DNA from: an uncultured Actinomycetes bacterium
Lineage (GTDB): Bacteria; Actinomycetota; Thermoleophilia; Gaiellales; Gaiellaceae
Assembly: GCA_963774625.1 (NCBI GenBank)
Contig: CAVZFQ010000014.1
Coordinates: 55,887 to 119,886 of the forward strand
DNA length: 64,000 nucleotides
Reading direction: 5' to 3'
The translations under genes and the position numbers were made by a program. How positions within the stretch are numbered: position 1 is the stretch's first letter; every line of letters starts with the position of its first letter. A model generated the notes under the pieces. That model was not told the origin of the DNA, made no database searches, and saw only the letters and a list, made by a program, of their open reading frames with translations. This document shows positions 45,393 through 54,631 of this stretch, piece after piece.

Positions 45393-46187
45393 ATGCGGCG
45401 CGATCTAAACGACCACCCAGGCTCGGGGAGCGTGAGCCTTCCCGGGGAAATGACTGGGCGCAGTCTCCTCGGCTTCGTCGACGAGACGGTCAAGCGAGCG
45501 CTCGACATTCTCGCTGCCGGAGCACTTCTCGTCCTCCTCGCTCTGCCCATTGCCTTGATCGTCGTCCTGATCAGGATCGACAGCCCCGGCCCCGGTTTCT
45601 ACCGCGCCCGGCGCATCGGATTCCGCGGCCGCGAGTTCAAGATGCTCAAGTTTCGGAAGATGCACGACGACGCCGAAGGGCCGGCGCTGACCACGAAGGC
45701 TGACGAGCGGTTCACGCGCTTCGGCCGGTTCCTCGCGAGCTCGAAGCTCGACGAGGTGCCTCAGCTCTGGAACGTCGTCAAGGGCCAGATGAGCCTCGTC
45801 GGGCCCCGCCCGGAGGACCCGAGTTTCGTCGAGGAATGGGCCGAGGCGTACGACACGATCCTCGAGGTGCGTCCCGGTGTCACGGGGCTCTCCCAGATCG
45901 CGTTCGCGAAGGAGGGCGAGATCCTCGACCCCGAGGATTCCGTCGGCCACTACCTGACGAGCATCCTCCCTCAGAAGGTCCGCATGGATCAGCTCTACGC
46001 TCGACGCCGCTCGCTGCTGATGGACGGTCGGATCCTCGTTTGGACGGTGGCAGCGGTCCTGTTGCGGCGCGACGTTGCCGTCCACCGCGAGACCGGAAGG
46101 CTCAACATGCGCCGGCGCCGGACGAGCACCCAACCGATCGGCAGCTTGCAACCGGCGGTCGTACGCCAACGGGTGGAAAGCCCGTAG
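45393..46187 (+). CDS. Initiating sugar-phosphate transferase (bacterial sugar transferase, WbaP/PglC-like small form)
   Basis: GGAGAGGAGAGGGG lies upstream of ATG 45393. One TM is followed by SPGPGFYRARRIGFRGREFKMLKFRKM...DEVPQLWNVVKGQMSLVGPRP. Confidence 0.85.
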   Translation: MRRDLNDHPGSGSVSLPGEMTGRSLLGFVDETVKRALDILAAGALLVLLALPIALIVVLIRIDSPGPGFYRARRIGFRGREFKMLKFRKMHDDAEGPALTTKADERFTRFGRFLASSKLDEVPQLWNVVKGQMSLVGPRPEDPSFVEEWAEAYDTILEVRPGVTGLSQIAFAKEGEILDPEDSVGHYLTSILPQKVRMDQLYARRRSLLMDGRILVWTVAAVLLRRDVAVHRETGRLNMRRRRTSTQPIGSLQPAVVRQRVESP

Positions 46188-46189
46188 CG

Positions 46190-47620
46190 ATGGCCAGTCG
46201 AACTGCGGCGAACGGCAACGGCTCCAGGCCGAGCCGTAATGGGAAGACGAAGGCTGTCGTGCTCGCGGGCGGCCGCGGCACGCGCCTCGCCCCGTATACC
46301 TCGGTGCTTCCGAAGCCGCTGATGCCGGTCGGTGAGCGAGCGATCCTCGAGCTCGTGGTCGACCAGCTCGAGTCCTGCGGGATCAAGGACATCACGTTCT
46401 GCGTCGGCTACCTCGCGCACCTCATCCAGTCGGTTTTCGACAACCGCGACAACGGGCACGTCTCGATCGAGTACGTGCACGAGCACGAAGCGCTCGGCAC
46501 CGCGGCGCCGCTCAAGCTCGTCGACGGCCTCGACAGCACGTTCCTCGTGATGAACGGCGACGTGCTGACGGAGCTCGACTACCGCGACCTGATCCGCTAC
46601 CACCAGGAGCACGGCAACATGCTCACGATCGCGACGCGCGCGCGGGCGATCAAGGTCGACTACGGGATCCTCCACCTCGACGTCATGCAACGAGTTCGCG
46701 ACTTCGAGGAGAAGCCTGAGATCACCACTCCGGTGAGCATGGGGATCTACGTCATGGAGCCCGAGGTGCTCGAGCACATCCCCGAGAACCAGTACTTCGA
46801 CTTTCCTCACCTCGTGGAGAAAATGCTCGAGGAGGGCTTGCCGATCGGCTCGTACCGCTACGACGGCCTCTGGTTCGACATCGGCCGCCAGGAGGACTAC
46901 GAGGAGGCCGTCTCGGCCTGGGCGGCCGCGGACGGCGGCGACATCGTGGGCCACCTGACGAACGCGATCGGCGCGAGCACCAAGGGTGCGAACGGCAACC
47001 GCGTCAAGCTCCGGTCGAACCGGTCGCTGAGGAGCCTCTCGCGCACGTACTCGAGGCCGAACAGCAACGGCGCACGGTTGCACTCGGTCGACGGCGGCAA
47101 CGGCAACGGCCTCGGCGAGTCCCTGGAGTGGAGCGGGCCGGATGCCTCCTCGGCGGGTGTCGTCGGTGACGACTTCCGCGACACGCTCGCCGGAGTGCCG
47201 GCCCCGGTCACGATCGTCACCACGTCCAGCCCCGAAGGGCCGCACGGCACGACGGTCAGCGCCTTCAGCTCCCTGTCCGCGGATCCGCCGCTCGTCCTCG
47301 TCGCGCTCGACCGGAAGTCCGACCTGCTCAACCTGCTGCCGAAGACCGGCAAGTTCGCCGTCAACCTGCTGGCCGGTGATCAGGAAGACCTCGGGCTGAC
47401 GTGCGCGAAGAAGGGCTCCGGGAAGTTCGACAAGGTTCCGTGGCACGAGGACCGGGGACTTCCTCGCATCGACGGCGCCGCGGCGTGGCTCGCCTGCGAC
47501 ATCCAGGAGTTTCTGCCCGGCGGCGACCACGTCATCGTCGTCGGCCTCGTCACGGCCTGTGAAAGCGAGAAGGACGAGGCGCTCGTCTACCACCGGCGCC
47601 GGTTCCTACAGCTTGCTTGA
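46190..47620 (+). CDS. Fusion protein: sugar-1-phosphate nucleotidyltransferase + Asn/Gly/Ser-rich linker + flavin reductase (Flavin_Reduct split-barrel)
   Basis: The N-terminus has AVVLAGGRGTRLAPYTSVLPKPLMPV (the G-x-G-T-R-L nucleotidyltransferase signature). The C-terminus has FRDTLAGVPAPVTIVTT...GTTVSAFSSLSADPPLVLVAL...GDHVIVVG. It is a single uninterrupted 476-codon frame. Confidence 0.8.
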   Translation: MASRTAANGNGSRPSRNGKTKAVVLAGGRGTRLAPYTSVLPKPLMPVGERAILELVVDQLESCGIKDITFCVGYLAHLIQSVFDNRDNGHVSIEYVHEHEALGTAAPLKLVDGLDSTFLVMNGDVLTELDYRDLIRYHQEHGNMLTIATRARAIKVDYGILHLDVMQRVRDFEEKPEITTPVSMGIYVMEPEVLEHIPENQYFDFPHLVEKMLEEGLPIGSYRYDGLWFDIGRQEDYEEAVSAWAAADGGDIVGHLTNAIGASTKGANGNRVKLRSNRSLRSLSRTYSRPNSNGARLHSVDGGNGNGLGESLEWSGPDASSAGVVGDDFRDTLAGVPAPVTIVTTSSPEGPHGTTVSAFSSLSADPPLVLVALDRKSDLLNLLPKTGKFAVNLLAGDQEDLGLTCAKKGSGKFDKVPWHEDRGLPRIDGAAAWLACDIQEFLPGGDHVIVVGLVTACESEKDEALVYHRRRFLQLA

Positions 47621-47657
47621 GGGCGGCCGCGCGCCGCAGCTTCTAGATTTAGGGGGG

Positions 47658-48689
47658 ATGAATGAAATGAGCGGCAACGACAACAATGCCGTCGAGGTCT
47701 TCTCGACGTGTCCGCAGTCGAAGGACGTCGACCAGGCGGAGTACCTGCAGCGGATCGAACAGGTCGCCCGGTGGAGCGACGAGGCCGGGTACCGCGGGAT
47801 TCTCGTCTACACCGACAACGGGCTCGTCGATCCCTGGCTCGTCTCCCAGCTCATCCTGCAGAGCACGGAGCAGCTCGCCCCGCTCGTCGCGATCCAGCCG
47901 ATCTACATGCATCCGTACACGGCCGCGAAGATGGTCGCCTCGCTCGCCTTCCTCCACGAGCGGCGGATCTACCTGAACATGCTCGCCGGCGGATTCAAGA
48001 ACGACCTCATCGCGCTCAACGACGACACGCCTCATGACGACCGCTACCTGCGCACCGTGGAGTACACGCAGATCATGACCGGGCTCCTGTCGAGCCCCGA
48101 CCCCGTCACCTTCGAGGGCAAGTACTACAAGGTCACGAACCTGAAGCTGACACCGCCGCTCGATCCCGATCTCTACCCCGGGATCATGATCTCGGGGTCG
48201 TCCGACGCAGGGCTCGCCGCCGCCCGAACGATCAACGCGACGGCGGTCAAGTACCCGAAGCCGCCCGGCGAGGAGGTCGACCAGCGCGGTGACACGGTCG
48301 ACTCCGGTGTCCGGGTCGGGATCATCGCGCGGGAAGATCCCGACGAAGCGTGGCGCGTCGCGCTCGAGCGCTTTCCCGAGGATCGCAAGGGACAGATCAC
48401 GCACAAGCTGGCGATGAAGGTCTCGGACTCGCAGTGGCACAAGCAGCTGTCCGAGCTGGGGGGCGACCGCCCCGTCGACGGGGAGAACCCGTACTGGCTG
48501 GGCCCGTTCGAGAACTACAACACCTTCTGTCCCTATCTCGTCGGCAGCTACGACGCGGTCTCGGCCGAGGTCGCGCGCTACATCGGCCTCGGCTTCAAGA
48601 CGTTCATCCTCGACATCCCCGTGTCGGACGAAGAGCTCCAGCACACGGCGGTCGTCTTCGAGCGCGGCAAGGAGCTTGCGTTGCGGTGA
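47658..48689 (+). CDS. Luciferase-like (LLM class) flavin-dependent monooxygenase
   Basis: GGGGGGA lies directly upstream of ATG 47658. The 343-aa ORF has a TIM-barrel LLM look (VFSTCPQS..., LNMLAGGF, ISGSS). A flavin reductase is encoded immediately upstream. Confidence 0.75.
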   Translation: MNEMSGNDNNAVEVFSTCPQSKDVDQAEYLQRIEQVARWSDEAGYRGILVYTDNGLVDPWLVSQLILQSTEQLAPLVAIQPIYMHPYTAAKMVASLAFLHERRIYLNMLAGGFKNDLIALNDDTPHDDRYLRTVEYTQIMTGLLSSPDPVTFEGKYYKVTNLKLTPPLDPDLYPGIMISGSSDAGLAAARTINATAVKYPKPPGEEVDQRGDTVDSGVRVGIIAREDPDEAWRVALERFPEDRKGQITHKLAMKVSDSQWHKQLSELGGDRPVDGENPYWLGPFENYNTFCPYLVGSYDAVSAEVARYIGLGFKTFILDIPVSDEELQHTAVVFERGKELALR

Positions 48690-50303
48690 CGCTGCTCCAG
48701 GACTATGTGACGCGTCAGGCTGAGACGCGGCCCGACGCTGTGGCTGTCGTCATGGGCGAGGAGCGGCTGACGTACGGGGAGCTCGAGGAGGCAGGGAACC
48801 GGCTCGCACGGCTGCTCCGTGAGGCGGGCTGCGTGCGCGGTGATCGCGTCTGCCTGTTCGTGCCGAAATGCCCGACGGCGATCGTCGCCGAGCTCGGCGT
48901 GCTGAAGGCCGACTGCGCGTACGTGCCGATCGACATCGCCAGCCCCGCTCCGCGCGTCGAGATGATCGTCGAGTCGTCGGAGCCCGCCTTGATCCTGGTG
49001 ACCGCTCCGGCGGCGACAGCTGCTCGACGACGTGCTCGCGCTGCGGCCCGGCACGAAAGTCCCCGTCGGCTCGCTCGAGGAGCCGCTCTCGGGAGAGCAT
49101 TTCGAGACGGCCTTCTCGGGCGCCGACATCGACTCGCAGTCGGCGGATCCCATTCCGACCGAGAACACGGCCGAGGATGCGGCGCACATCCTGTTCACGT
49201 CCGGCTCGACCGGCACGCCGAAGGGCGTCGTCATCAAGCACGAGAACGTGGTCACGTTCGTCGACTGGGCGACGGGCTACTTCGAGACGAAGGAGACCGA
49301 TCGGATCTCCGGGCATCCGCCGCTGCACTTCGACCTGTCGACCTTCGACATCTACGGGACCTTTCTCGCCGGTGCGGAGCTGCACCTGGTGCCCGCCGCG
49401 GCCAACCTGATGCCGAACAAGCTCGCGGCGCTGATTCGCGACTCGGAGCTCACCCAGTGGTTCGCCGTTCCCTCGACCTTCACGTACATGGCGAAGTTCG
49501 AGGCGTTCGAGCACGGCGACTTTCCGTCGCTGGAGCGCGTCATCTGGTGCGGGGAGGTCCTGCCGACCCCGATCCTGATGCACTGGATGGAGCGCCTCCC
49601 ACACGCCACCTTCACGAACCTCTACGGGCCGACCGAGGCCACGATCGCGAGCAGCTACTACACGATGCCCGAGATCCCGGCCAGCGAGACGGAGCCCGTG
49701 CCGATCGGCGTCGCCTGTGCGGGAGAAGAGCTGCTCGTCGTCGACGAGAAGCTGCAGCCGGTGCCGCCGGGCGAGATCGGCGACCTCTTCATCGCGGGTG
49801 TCGGCCTCAGCCCCGGCTACTGGCGGGACGAGGAGAAGACCGCTGCCGCGTTTCTCCCCGACCCGCGCAATCCCGGCGAGCGCATCTACCGGACGGGAGA
49901 CCTCGCGAAGGTCCGTGAGGACGGGCTCGTCGACTTCCTCGGGCGCGCCGACTCGCAGATCAAGTCGCGGGGCTACCGCATCGAGCTCGGTGAGATCGAG
50001 ACCGCGCTGAACGCGCTCGACGACATCCGGGAGTGTGCCGTCGTCGGCGTCGAGACCGGTGGTTTCGAGGGCACCGCCATCTGCTGCGCGTACGCGCCGG
50101 CCAAGGGCGAGAGCGTTGCTCCACCGGCGATCCGCGAGCAGATCGCGAAGACGCTCCCCTCCTACATGCTGCCCGCCCGCTGGAAGGTGCTGGACGAGCT
50201 CCCGAAGAACGTCAACGGCAAGATCGACCGGCGGTCGATCAGGGAGCAGTTCGAGGCCGAGGCGACCGCCGAGCCGTCCCAACAGGCCGCGGCCGGGCGC
50301 TAG
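48686..50303 (+). pseudogene. Stand-alone amino-acid/aryl-acid adenylation enzyme (AMP-binding, DltA/NRPS A-domain-like) interrupted by one apparent 1-nt insertion
   Basis: GTG 48686 overlaps the LLM TGA. The first frame reads VTLLQDYV..LTYGELEE..ILVTAPAA up to about 49015. It then continues in track ORF 49032..50303 with (Q)LLDDVL... The core motifs are LFTSGSTGTPKGV, YGPTEAT, YRTGDLAKV and GKIDRRS. Confidence 0.85.
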
Positions 50304-50318
50304 GCTCGGAGCCCCTCG

Positions 50319-50564
50319 ATGGCCGGCGATCCAGGCGTCAGCGAGCGCGTGCAGCAGCTCTTCCTCGAGACGCTGAACGTCCAGGTGCCGTCGCAGGAGG
50401 CAGACCTGATCGAGTCCGGGCTGATCGACTCGCTCGCCCTCGTCGAGCTCCTGTTCGCGATCGAGCGCGAGTTCTCGGTGAGCCTGCCGCTCGATGATCT
50501 GGAGATCGAGAACTTCCGCAGCGTCAACCGCATCAGCGAAGTGATCGAGGGGGCGCAGGCGTGA
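50319..50564 (+). CDS. Acyl/peptidyl carrier protein
   Basis: The 81-aa ORF has the phosphopantetheine site GLIDSLALVELL. Confidence 0.8.
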   Translation: MAGDPGVSERVQQLFLETLNVQVPSQEADLIESGLIDSLALVELLFAIEREFSVSLPLDDLEIENFRSVNRISEVIEGAQA

Positions 50565-51646
50565 GCGCGATCCGCCCGCTCGAGCGCGCCGATCTCCCGC
50601 AGGTCGTCAGCCTCTACGAGCACGTCGCGCGCTCCGGGTCGAGGACGCCTCCACCGGGACTGGCCGGCTACTTCGAACGGACCTTCCTCGACCACCCCTG
50701 GGCCGATGCGGAGATTCCGTCACTCGTCTACGCAGACGGTGACAAGATCCTCGGCTTCCTCGGATCGAGCGTCCGCAGGATGGAGCTCGAGGGGCGGCCG
50801 TTGCGCATGGGGATCAGCGGCCAGCTCGTGACGGAGCCCGAGGTGCGTAAGCGCGCCGCCGGTGCGTTCCTGATGCGCGAGTACATGTCCGGTGCGCAGG
50901 ACCTGACGATCACCGACACGGCGTCTGACATGGTGCGCCGGATCTGGGAGGGAGTCGGCGGCGAAACGAGCCAGCTCGCGTGCATCGGCTGGGTGCGCAT
51001 CTTCCGGCCGGCGCAGTTCGCTTCCGCCTATCGCGGTCGGCAGCAGGTCGAGCCGGTGCGCCGGGCGAGGATCTCGCAGGTTCTGGACACTGTGGCCTCG
51101 CCGCTGGCCTCGCGGACGCTCCGCCCGGATCGAGCGGGCGAGCTTCAGGCCGAGGAGCTGACGGCGGCCGAGCTCGTCAGCCAGGTTCGTGACATCAAGT
51201 TCCGCCTCCGTCCGGCGTACGACGAGGGATTTGCCGACTGGCTACTGCAAGAAGTGGCTGCGGTGCGCAGCCGGGGCACGCTCGTCAAGCAGCTCGTCCG
51301 CGGCGCCGACGGACGGGGCCGCGGGTGGTACGTCTACTACCTCGTTCCCGGCGGGATCTCCCAGGTGCTCCAGATCGGCGCCGAGGAGCGCAACGCGCCG
51401 GACGTGGTCGACCACCTCTTGCGGCATGCATACGACGCGGGCAGCGCGGGGATCCAGGGGCGGCTGGAGGCGCAGCTCAGAGAGCCGCTCGCACAGCGTC
51501 GGGCGCTCTTCCACCAGAGCGGGTTCCTGGTGTTGATCCACGCCAAGGATCGCGAGGTCTCGCATGCGATCCAGGCCGGGCACGCCCTCCTCACGCGCCT
51601 CGAAGGCGAGTTCTGGATGGGGCATCACCTCGAGCCGTTCCGGTGA
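50561..51646 (+). CDS. GNAT-family acyltransferase, long form (about 360 aa)
   Basis: GTG 50561 overlaps the carrier-protein TGA. The N-terminus IRPLERADLPQVVSLYEH and ..QLVTEPEVRKRAAGAFLMREY.. are GNAT-like. The call is by motif only. Confidence 0.55.
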   Translation: MSAIRPLERADLPQVVSLYEHVARSGSRTPPPGLAGYFERTFLDHPWADAEIPSLVYADGDKILGFLGSSVRRMELEGRPLRMGISGQLVTEPEVRKRAAGAFLMREYMSGAQDLTITDTASDMVRRIWEGVGGETSQLACIGWVRIFRPAQFASAYRGRQQVEPVRRARISQVLDTVASPLASRTLRPDRAGELQAEELTAAELVSQVRDIKFRLRPAYDEGFADWLLQEVAAVRSRGTLVKQLVRGADGRGRGWYVYYLVPGGISQVLQIGAEERNAPDVVDHLLRHAYDAGSAGIQGRLEAQLREPLAQRRALFHQSGFLVLIHAKDREVSHAIQAGHALLTRLEGEFWMGHHLEPFR

Positions 51647-52566
51647 ACGTGCTGCTCGTGGCCGAGGAATCGGCCGGAATCCAGGTGCTCAGAATGGTCG
51701 CGGGGTCGGAGCACGACCTGGTCGCGGTCCTGACCGAGCCGCCGACCCGGGGCGGAGGCGCAACCGTCGCGAGCGTGGCGGAAACGCTCGGCGTGCCGAT
51801 CCTGCCCTCGACGAGCGTGCGCGATCCGGAGTTCGCGGAGTGGATGCGGAGCAAGGAGATCGACCTCCTGCTCAACGTGCACTCGCTGTACGTCATCCAT
51901 GCGGACCTCGTCGCCGCTCCGCGAACCGGCAGCTTCAACCTGCACCCGGGGCCGCTCCCCGAGTACGCAGGCCTGAACGCGCCGAGCTGGGCGATCTACC
52001 ACGGAGAGGACAGTCACGCCGTGACGGTGCACTGGATGGAGCCCGGTATCGACACCGGTGCGATCGCCTACGAGACCTCCTTCGAGATCACCGAGGACGA
52101 CACGGGCCTCTCCCTGAGCGCGCGCTGTGTGCGTGAAGGATTGCCCCTTTTCCAGCAGCTGCTGGACGTGGCCGCGCAGGGTCGCGACGCCATTCCGGCG
52201 ACCGCGCAGGATCCATCGCGCCGCAGGTACTTCGGCGCCGACGTGCCGAATGACGGCCGGATCGCCTGGGGCCGCCCGGCCCGCGAGGTGGTCGACTTCG
52301 TCCGGGCCTGCGACTACTTCCCGTTCCCCTCTCCGTGGGGCCAGGCCCAGGCCAGGCTGGCCGGGGCGACTGTGGCCGTCACCAAGGCTTCCCGAACGGG
52401 TGAGGCTGCCGGCGCCGAGCCCGGCGACGTCGGCCCTTCCGGCGAGGAGGGCGTGCGCGTGGCGACCGGGGACGAGTGGATCCTCGTGCACCGGCTGCAC
52501 GTGGACGGCCAGGCTCAGCCCGCAGCGGCTGTGCTCGAACCGGGCATGCGGCTCGACGATGGTTAG
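51643..52566 (+). CDS. Formyltransferase (Fmt/ArnA-N-like, with a C-terminal Fmt_C-like domain)
   Basis: GTG 51643 overlaps the upstream TGA. NVHSLYVIHADLV...SFNLHPGPLPEYAGLNAPSWAI...TVHWMEPGIDTG matches the formyl_trans_N HxxxD/SLLP-like core. Confidence 0.8.
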   Translation: MNVLLVAEESAGIQVLRMVAGSEHDLVAVLTEPPTRGGGATVASVAETLGVPILPSTSVRDPEFAEWMRSKEIDLLLNVHSLYVIHADLVAAPRTGSFNLHPGPLPEYAGLNAPSWAIYHGEDSHAVTVHWMEPGIDTGAIAYETSFEITEDDTGLSLSARCVREGLPLFQQLLDVAAQGRDAIPATAQDPSRRRYFGADVPNDGRIAWGRPAREVVDFVRACDYFPFPSPWGQAQARLAGATVAVTKASRTGEAAGAEPGDVGPSGEEGVRVATGDEWILVHRLHVDGQAQPAAAVLEPGMRLDDG

Positions 52567-52573
52567 GTCGCGG

Positions 52574-53311
52574 TCAGCGTCCCAAGGCGGCGCGCGCCAG
52601 GGCCGCGGCCCGGTAGATGGGCCTCGCGACGAACGACGTCTTCAGGGTTGCCCGCAGCAGCGAATCCGCGCGGTAGACGTGCGCCCGCCTGATGGAATAG
52701 CGGCCGGCCTTCTCTCGCGTGCCGTGCAGCGTGAACGCAGCGTCGTAGCCGGCACGCTCGGCCAGGCTCTTGACGCGCGCGTCGTGCTCGCCGTACGGAT
52801 AGGCGAGGTAGCGGCACGGCCGTCCGAGCTGATCCTCGCAGCGGGCTCGCGACTCCCGGAGCTCGCGGTCGATCTCGGCTTCGTCGAGGCGGGGGAGATG
52901 CGGGTGGCTGACGGTATGCGAGCCGATCTCGAACCCCCGGTCCGCGAGGGCGCGGAGCTCGTCCCAGTCCATGGTCTCCAACTCGTCGGGCTGAGCGATC
53001 GCGTCCGCCGCGAGCTCGGGAACGTCGAGCGGACGGCCCTCGTCTGCAAAGGCGGTCGAGGCAAAGATCGTGGCCGGCACGCCCAGGCGCTCGAGCAGGT
53101 CGAGGGCACGAGCGATGCTCGTGTACGCGTCGTCGAAAGTCACGTGCAGGAGGCGGCCGTTCCCGTCGATCGCCTCGCTCGCGCCGACGGGCTGGAACCC
53201 GCGATCGAGCAGGCTCCGTATCTGACGCTCGAAGGCCGCCGGCGGCAGGGCCAGGGCATGGCCCCAGCCGTCGGAGACGGCGTGGTAGCAAAGGACGAGC
53301 GGACGTGACAT
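52574..53311 (-). CDS. Polysaccharide deacetylase (NodB homology domain)
   Basis: The 245-aa ORF carries LHVTFDDAYTS and FEIGSHTVSHPHL. This is the only minus-strand gene inside the plus-strand block. Confidence 0.85.
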   Translation of the reverse strand: MSRPLVLCYHAVSDGWGHALALPPAAFERQIRSLLDRGFQPVGASEAIDGNGRLLHVTFDDAYTSIARALDLLERLGVPATIFASTAFADEGRPLDVPELAADAIAQPDELETMDWDELRALADRGFEIGSHTVSHPHLPRLDEAEIDRELRESRARCEDQLGRPCRYLAYPYGEHDARVKSLAERAGYDAAFTLHGTREKAGRYSIRRAHVYRADSLLRATLKTSFVARPIYRAAALARAALGR

Positions 53312-54624
53312 CAGCTGCCTTCGACCACGGCTGGCTGGCCGCCGTGCTTCCTGCCGACGCGAGTCGCTTCCGCGCCCTCGACGAGGGGCTGGCGGCGGTG
53401 CTCGCCGACGCGGGGGCGGAACTGGTCGAGTTCGGCGCGGACGTTGACATCGCGCCTGCCTCCGAGCTCAGAGGAGAGGCCGACCTCGCCGTGGTCAGCT
53501 TTGCGGCGCGCCCCCACGACAGCACGCACCTCGCCGTACGGGTGGGTCGCCGGCTCGCGAGTGCAGCCGAGGTGCGCGTACGGGCGCGTCGTGCGCGGAC
53601 GGTCGTCCGCCGCCGGGGGTACTCGCGGACGGAGGTGGTCTTCTGGGACGTGAGGCAGCAGTTCCGGGCTCCGGGCTCCCGTGCAGGGCGACGGAAGCCG
53701 GTGGAGTACCTCCCTCAGCGAGCGCTGGTCATCGGCCGCCGCCCGCCCCTCGCCTCGACCCTGCTCGACGCGTCGCTCTCGGCCGCGGATGCGAAGCTTC
53801 TCGGCCCGCCGTCGATCCGGTCCGGGCTCGTCGCCGCGATGACCGACAAAGGGCTGATTCGGATCGCGGTCGGGCCGTCGAGGCGCCAGCTCGACGGACA
53901 ATCGCGAGCGCTCGAGCTCCTGCAGGCGATAGACCCCGAACCACCTGTAGCCGAGCGGGCTCCATGGCTGCTCGCTTCCGGCAAGTCGGGCCTCGCCGAA
54001 TGGTCGCTCGAGCGCCGGCTGGCCGGATCGAGACCGACCACCCTCACCGATCCATTGCGTGCCCAGTGCCTGGACTTCCTCGTCGCGCTGCACACCGCCG
54101 GCGGGTCGGGAGCGGCGCTCCGTCCCAGTGAGGATGCGGAGAGCATCGCCGTCTTTCGACCCGAGCGAGGAGTGGCGCTCGCAGCCGTCGGTAGCCGGTT
54201 GGACTCTGCGCTCGCCGACGTCCCGCGCGGTTTCGGGCACGGCGACTTTTTTCTCGGGAACCTGTTGGCCGAAGGGGATCACCTCACTGGGGTTGTGGAC
54301 TGGGACGCGGGCGGGCCGGGCCGCCTGCCGTTGTTGGATCTGATCCACCTTCAGCATCTGGCGCAGTATTCCCTCGCCGACGAGGACTGGGGCCCCTCGC
54401 TCGTTCGGCATCTGTTCCCGTGGGCGCAGTCCGGCGGGGACGAGGTGGCGCGCACGTACTCCAGCCGGATCGGCCTCGAGGTGACGCCCGGTCTGCTCCA
54501 GAGCCTCGCAGCCGCCTACTGGCTGGATCGCACCGCCTACACCTTGCGGACGCACCGGCAGCGGCGCACGGAGCCCAGATGGCTGGCGCGAAACGTGGAT
54601 CACGTCCTGGAGGCGGTCGCGTGA
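53305..54624 (+). CDS. Aminoglycoside-phosphotransferase-like (APH/choline-kinase fold) kinase
   Basis: The Brenner-like motif is GFGHGDFFLGNLL..VVDWDAGG. The GTG start overlaps the divergent deacetylase start by 7 nt, so one of the two starts may be wrong. Confidence 0.65.
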   Translation: MTSAAFDHGWLAAVLPADASRFRALDEGLAAVLADAGAELVEFGADVDIAPASELRGEADLAVVSFAARPHDSTHLAVRVGRRLASAAEVRVRARRARTVVRRRGYSRTEVVFWDVRQQFRAPGSRAGRRKPVEYLPQRALVIGRRPPLASTLLDASLSAADAKLLGPPSIRSGLVAAMTDKGLIRIAVGPSRRQLDGQSRALELLQAIDPEPPVAERAPWLLASGKSGLAEWSLERRLAGSRPTTLTDPLRAQCLDFLVALHTAGGSGAALRPSEDAESIAVFRPERGVALAAVGSRLDSALADVPRGFGHGDFFLGNLLAEGDHLTGVVDWDAGGPGRLPLLDLIHLQHLAQYSLADEDWGPSLVRHLFPWAQSGGDEVARTYSSRIGLEVTPGLLQSLAAAYWLDRTAYTLRTHRQRRTEPRWLARNVDHVLEAVA

Positions 54625-54631
54625 GGCGAAG

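Noticed and set aside
45836-46189. N-terminal extension of the 594-aa ORF overlapping the sugar-transferase gene
   Set aside because: It is an Arg/Pro/Gly-rich alternate frame of a well-supported gene. ATG 46190, directly after the sugar-transferase stop, gives a canonical nucleotidyltransferase N-terminus.
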